This document shows, one piece after another, positions 61,184 through 64,000 of a stretch of 64,000 nt of DNA. The stretch's first letter is position 1. The number at the start of each line of letters is the position of its first letter. Made by a program: the position numbers and the translations under genes. The notes under the pieces were generated by a model. It had not been told where the DNA came from. It did no database searches and saw nothing but the letters and a program-made list of their open reading frames with translations. Source of the stretch: Candidatus Eremiobacteria bacterium (GTDB taxonomy: Bacteria > Vulcanimicrobiota > Vulcanimicrobiia > Vulcanimicrobiales > Vulcanimicrobiaceae); contig CAVTRC010000001.1 of assembly GCA_963737065.1 (NCBI GenBank), positions 2,240,001-2,304,000 of the forward strand. Direction: 5' to 3'.

Positions 61184-62611
61184 GTGGTTGTCATCGCACT
61201 GATCCTGCTCCCGATCGTCGCCGGCATTATTGCGCTTGCGCTTCCGGTGCGCGAAGAGCATCCGCTGCTCGCCAAGAGCATTGGTACGGTTGTCGCATCG
61301 ATCGAGTTCGTGCTTGCCATCGGTTCGCGCAACTCGGAGTTTAGTTTGCGCCCGTGGCTCTCGCGTCCGTTCGAATCATCGTTCCACTTTGGTTCGACCG
61401 GCATTTCGTTCTGGATCGTGCTGCTGCTCGCCATCTGCACTTTCTCGGCGATTCTCGCGATGAGCGTGCCGCGTCAACGGCAATTCGTCGGCCACATGCT
61501 GATTCTCGAAGGCACGATGATGGGCGTGTTTCTTGCAAAGGATTTACTCGTCTTTGCGCTCTTCTGGGATCTCATGCTCTTGCCGGTGTTCTTCGGTCTC
61601 CTGGGCTGGGGCGAGCACCCGGCGACTGCGTGGCGGTACTTCATCTATAACTTCGCCGGCGGTTTGACGCTATTGCTTGCAACAGCGGCGTTTGGCGTGC
61701 TGTTCGGTTCGACGGACGTCATCGGGCGCGGCGACGTCCACGTCGTCGGTGCGTGGGTGCCGTGGATCTTTATCGGCTTCGCCTTCGCATTCTTGGTGAA
61801 GACGCCGGTGTGGCCGCTCCATACGTGGATGCCGCTGACGTATACCAATCTGCCGGCACCGATGGTGGCCGTCGTAAGCTCGGTGCAGTCGAAGGCGGGT
61901 CTCTACGGGTTGATCGTCGTCTGCATGGCCTTCATGCCGGACTACCTGAAAGCATACGCGATCGTCCTGATCGTGCTCGGCGTCATTTCGCTGCTCTACG
62001 GCGCGGTCGTCGCGCTCGTGCAAAACGATTCGAAGCGCATCGTCGCGTATTCATCGCTGTCGCACTTGGGACTCATCGTGGCGGCGATTTGCTCGTTCAA
62101 TCCCGTTGCGCTCCAAGGCGCCATCATTTACATCATCGCGCACGGCCTCTTCTCCGCGGCGTTATTCCTTACGCTCGGATACGTCGAAGCGCGCGAGGAC
62201 ACGCGTTCGCTGGTTCGCCTCGGTGGGCTCGGTGCCGCGAATCCGAAGCTCGCCGGCGCATTGTGCATCGCTTCGCTTGCCGCGCTCGGACTTCCGGGGC
62301 TTGCGGGATTCGTCGGCGAGATCGTTATTCTAACCGGCCTCTTCCAATCCGGACTGATCTGGGTGGCGATCGTCGCGCTCATCCCGATCGTGATCGCGGC
62401 CGCGTACATGCTGCGCTTATTCCAAGGCATCATGAATGGCGCGGAAGTTGAAGATCTGCCGGTGCGGCGCGACTTGAGTTGGGTCGAGGGCATAGCGCTC
62501 GCGCCGCTCGTGGTTGCGCTCGTGGTGCTCGGCGTAAATCCGCATGCGCTTACGACGTTCGATCCGGCGCACTACAACGCGACGCGCGTTGCGCAAGGAC
62601 TGACCCGATGA
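61184..62611 (+). CDS. nuoM: NADH-quinone oxidoreductase subunit M
   Basis: KTPVWPLHTW, AYSSLSH and GLPGLAGFVGE motifs. Confidence 0.94.
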   Translation: MVVIALILLPIVAGIIALALPVREEHPLLAKSIGTVVASIEFVLAIGSRNSEFSLRPWLSRPFESSFHFGSTGISFWIVLLLAICTFSAILAMSVPRQRQFVGHMLILEGTMMGVFLAKDLLVFALFWDLMLLPVFFGLLGWGEHPATAWRYFIYNFAGGLTLLLATAAFGVLFGSTDVIGRGDVHVVGAWVPWIFIGFAFAFLVKTPVWPLHTWMPLTYTNLPAPMVAVVSSVQSKAGLYGLIVVCMAFMPDYLKAYAIVLIVLGVISLLYGAVVALVQNDSKRIVAYSSLSHLGLIVAAICSFNPVALQGAIIYIIAHGLFSAALFLTLGYVEAREDTRSLVRLGGLGAANPKLAGALCIASLAALGLPGLAGFVGEIVILTGLFQSGLIWVAIVALIPIVIAAAYMLRLFQGIMNGAEVEDLPVRRDLSWVEGIALAPLVVALVVLGVNPHALTTFDPAHYNATRVAQGLTR

Positions 62612-64000
62612 TCGTCAATGTAACCAACGCCGATTGGAGCGCGATCGCACCGCTCTCGATCGTCGCAGTAACGGCGCTCGTCGTCCTCGTCGCGGACCTG
62701 CTCGCGCGCACACATATCAACCGCTATGCCGCAATCGTCATTGCCGCGATCGGGATCATTGTTGCCGGCATCGTGGCGTACGATCAATTCCGTAGCGGCG
62801 TGAATTACGGCGCCTTCGGCGGCGCGTTCATCCTCGGTGGGTTCAGCACCGTCTTCGAAGAGATCATTCTGATCGCCGCCCTCGGCTCCGTCGTGCTCTA
62901 CAGCGCAATCGGACGCGACGATCGCATAGCCGGCGCAATCTCGCTCGTGCTTTGGTCGACGAATGGCGCCATGTTGATGGCGGGTGCGGGGAACTTGATG
63001 ATAATCTTCCTCGGCCTCGAATTGCTTTCGCTTGCCCTTTACTGTTTGTGCGGTCTCGCCGATCGTCCGACGGCGCGCGAGTCGGCGCTCAAGTATCTGA
63101 TTTTGAGCTCGATGGCGTCGGGGTTTTTGGTGTACGGCATGGCCCTGCTCTTCGGCGCGAGCGGAAGCGTGGCACTTGCAGATCTCACGCAACCTGCAAT
63201 GGCAACGAACCCAATGTTTTGGATGGGAGCCGGCATGTTCTTCGTCGGTCTCGCATTCAAACTGAGCCTCGTACCGTTCCATGCATGGTCCCCGGACGTG
63301 TACGAAGGCGCTCCGCTGCCGGTCACCTCGTTCATGAGCGTGGCAACGAAAGCAGGAACGCTTGCCGTACTTGCGCGTTTCGTGTACGCCGCGATTCCGT
63401 CAGGCACCGGCGATACGCTGCTTCTTCCGATTTGGATCGTCGCCGCGATTTCAATGATCGCGGGAAACGTCGGCATGCTCGCGCAGCACGATCTCAAGCG
63501 CCTGATCGCGTACTCCGGTATCGCGCAGGTCGGCTACATTTTGACCGCGCTTGCGGGCGGCACGCCGCTCGGATTACGCTACGCGATCTACTACTTGGCG
63601 GCGTACACGTTCATGAATCTTGGGGCGTTCGCTGTGGCTGCGTTGATTTCGAGCGATCGTGAAGAAGGTTCGCGTCTCGCGAACTACCGCGGACTGGGAC
63701 GCCGCCATCCGGCGGGTGCGGCTTTCATGACGTTCTTCCTGCTCGCGATGGCGGGTCTGCCGCCCACCGCCGGATTTCTCGGCAAAATTCTCATTCTGTC
63801 GACGAGCGTCAGCGCCGGATATGCGTGGCTCGGCGCTGTTTTGATCGTCGGTACGGCGATCTCGCTCTACGCATATGCGAAGGTCATCCGTCTGATGTAC
63901 CAGCGCGACGATCACGCGCACGTTCACGAGGCGCAGCCGACCGTTCCGCTCGCGTGGGCGAGCGCGGTCGTGTGCTTCGTGCTCATCATCGCGATGACGT
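62608..64000 (+). CDS. nuoN: NADH-quinone oxidoreductase subunit N, 3'-partial
   Basis: Translated from ATG 62608 (MIVNVTNADW...): ESALKY, PFHAWSPDVYEGAP, KRLIAYS and GLPPTAGF. Runs off the window. Confidence 0.93.
   Translation, partial: MIVNVTNADWSAIAPLSIVAVTALVVLVADLLARTHINRYAAIVIAAIGIIVAGIVAYDQFRSGVNYGAFGGAFILGGFSTVFEEIILIAALGSVVLYSAIGRDDRIAGAISLVLWSTNGAMLMAGAGNLMIIFLGLELLSLALYCLCGLADRPTARESALKYLILSSMASGFLVYGMALLFGASGSVALADLTQPAMATNPMFWMGAGMFFVGLAFKLSLVPFHAWSPDVYEGAPLPVTSFMSVATKAGTLAVLARFVYAAIPSGTGDTLLLPIWIVAAISMIAGNVGMLAQHDLKRLIAYSGIAQVGYILTALAGGTPLGLRYAIYYLAAYTFMNLGAFAVAALISSDREEGSRLANYRGLGRRHPAGAAFMTFFLLAMAGLPPTAGFLGKILILSTSVSAGYAWLGAVLIVGTAISLYAYAKVIRLMYQRDDHAHVHEAQPTVPLAWASAVVCFVLIIAMT

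Overview
64 kb of GC-rich bacterial chromosome, probably a long-read metagenomic contig from a diderm. A TonB receptor and Pro/Thr-rich secreted proteins suggest Eremiobacterota/Vulcanimicrobiota, but that is inference only. At least a dozen genes carry frameshifts that look like consensus indel errors. In order, the window holds: (1) Lhr helicase plus metallophosphoesterase, with the partner DNA ligase and MBL exonuclease ~16-20 kb downstream; (2) a ~190-bp nested inverted-repeat element; (3) an aromatic-acyl-CoA catabolic cluster with a short BoxB-like di-iron epoxidase, a single-domain crotonase, a PaaX regulator, ALDH, thiolase and 3-hydroxyacyl-CoA dehydrogenase, but no BoxA, BoxC or PaaABCE; (4) a Phd-VapC toxin-antitoxin pair with a palindromic operator; (5) two serine hydrolases and a cysteine desulfurase-like gene; (6) cysK-asparaginase-metH-tauE; (7) cfa, nagA, a tandem dynamin (GTPase plus pseudo-GTPase), a phosphomannomutase and a CHASE3-PP2C phosphatase; (8) a cobalamin-riboswitch btuBCD/btuF locus, hflX and a Na+/H+ antiporter; (9) nuoA-N, preceded by a perfect Rex/CRP-type operator. 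The best candidates for undescribed biology are the hybrid box/paa pathway, the dynamin-pseudoGTPase fusion and several structured repeat/RNA elements. No tRNA, rRNA or CRISPR array was seen.
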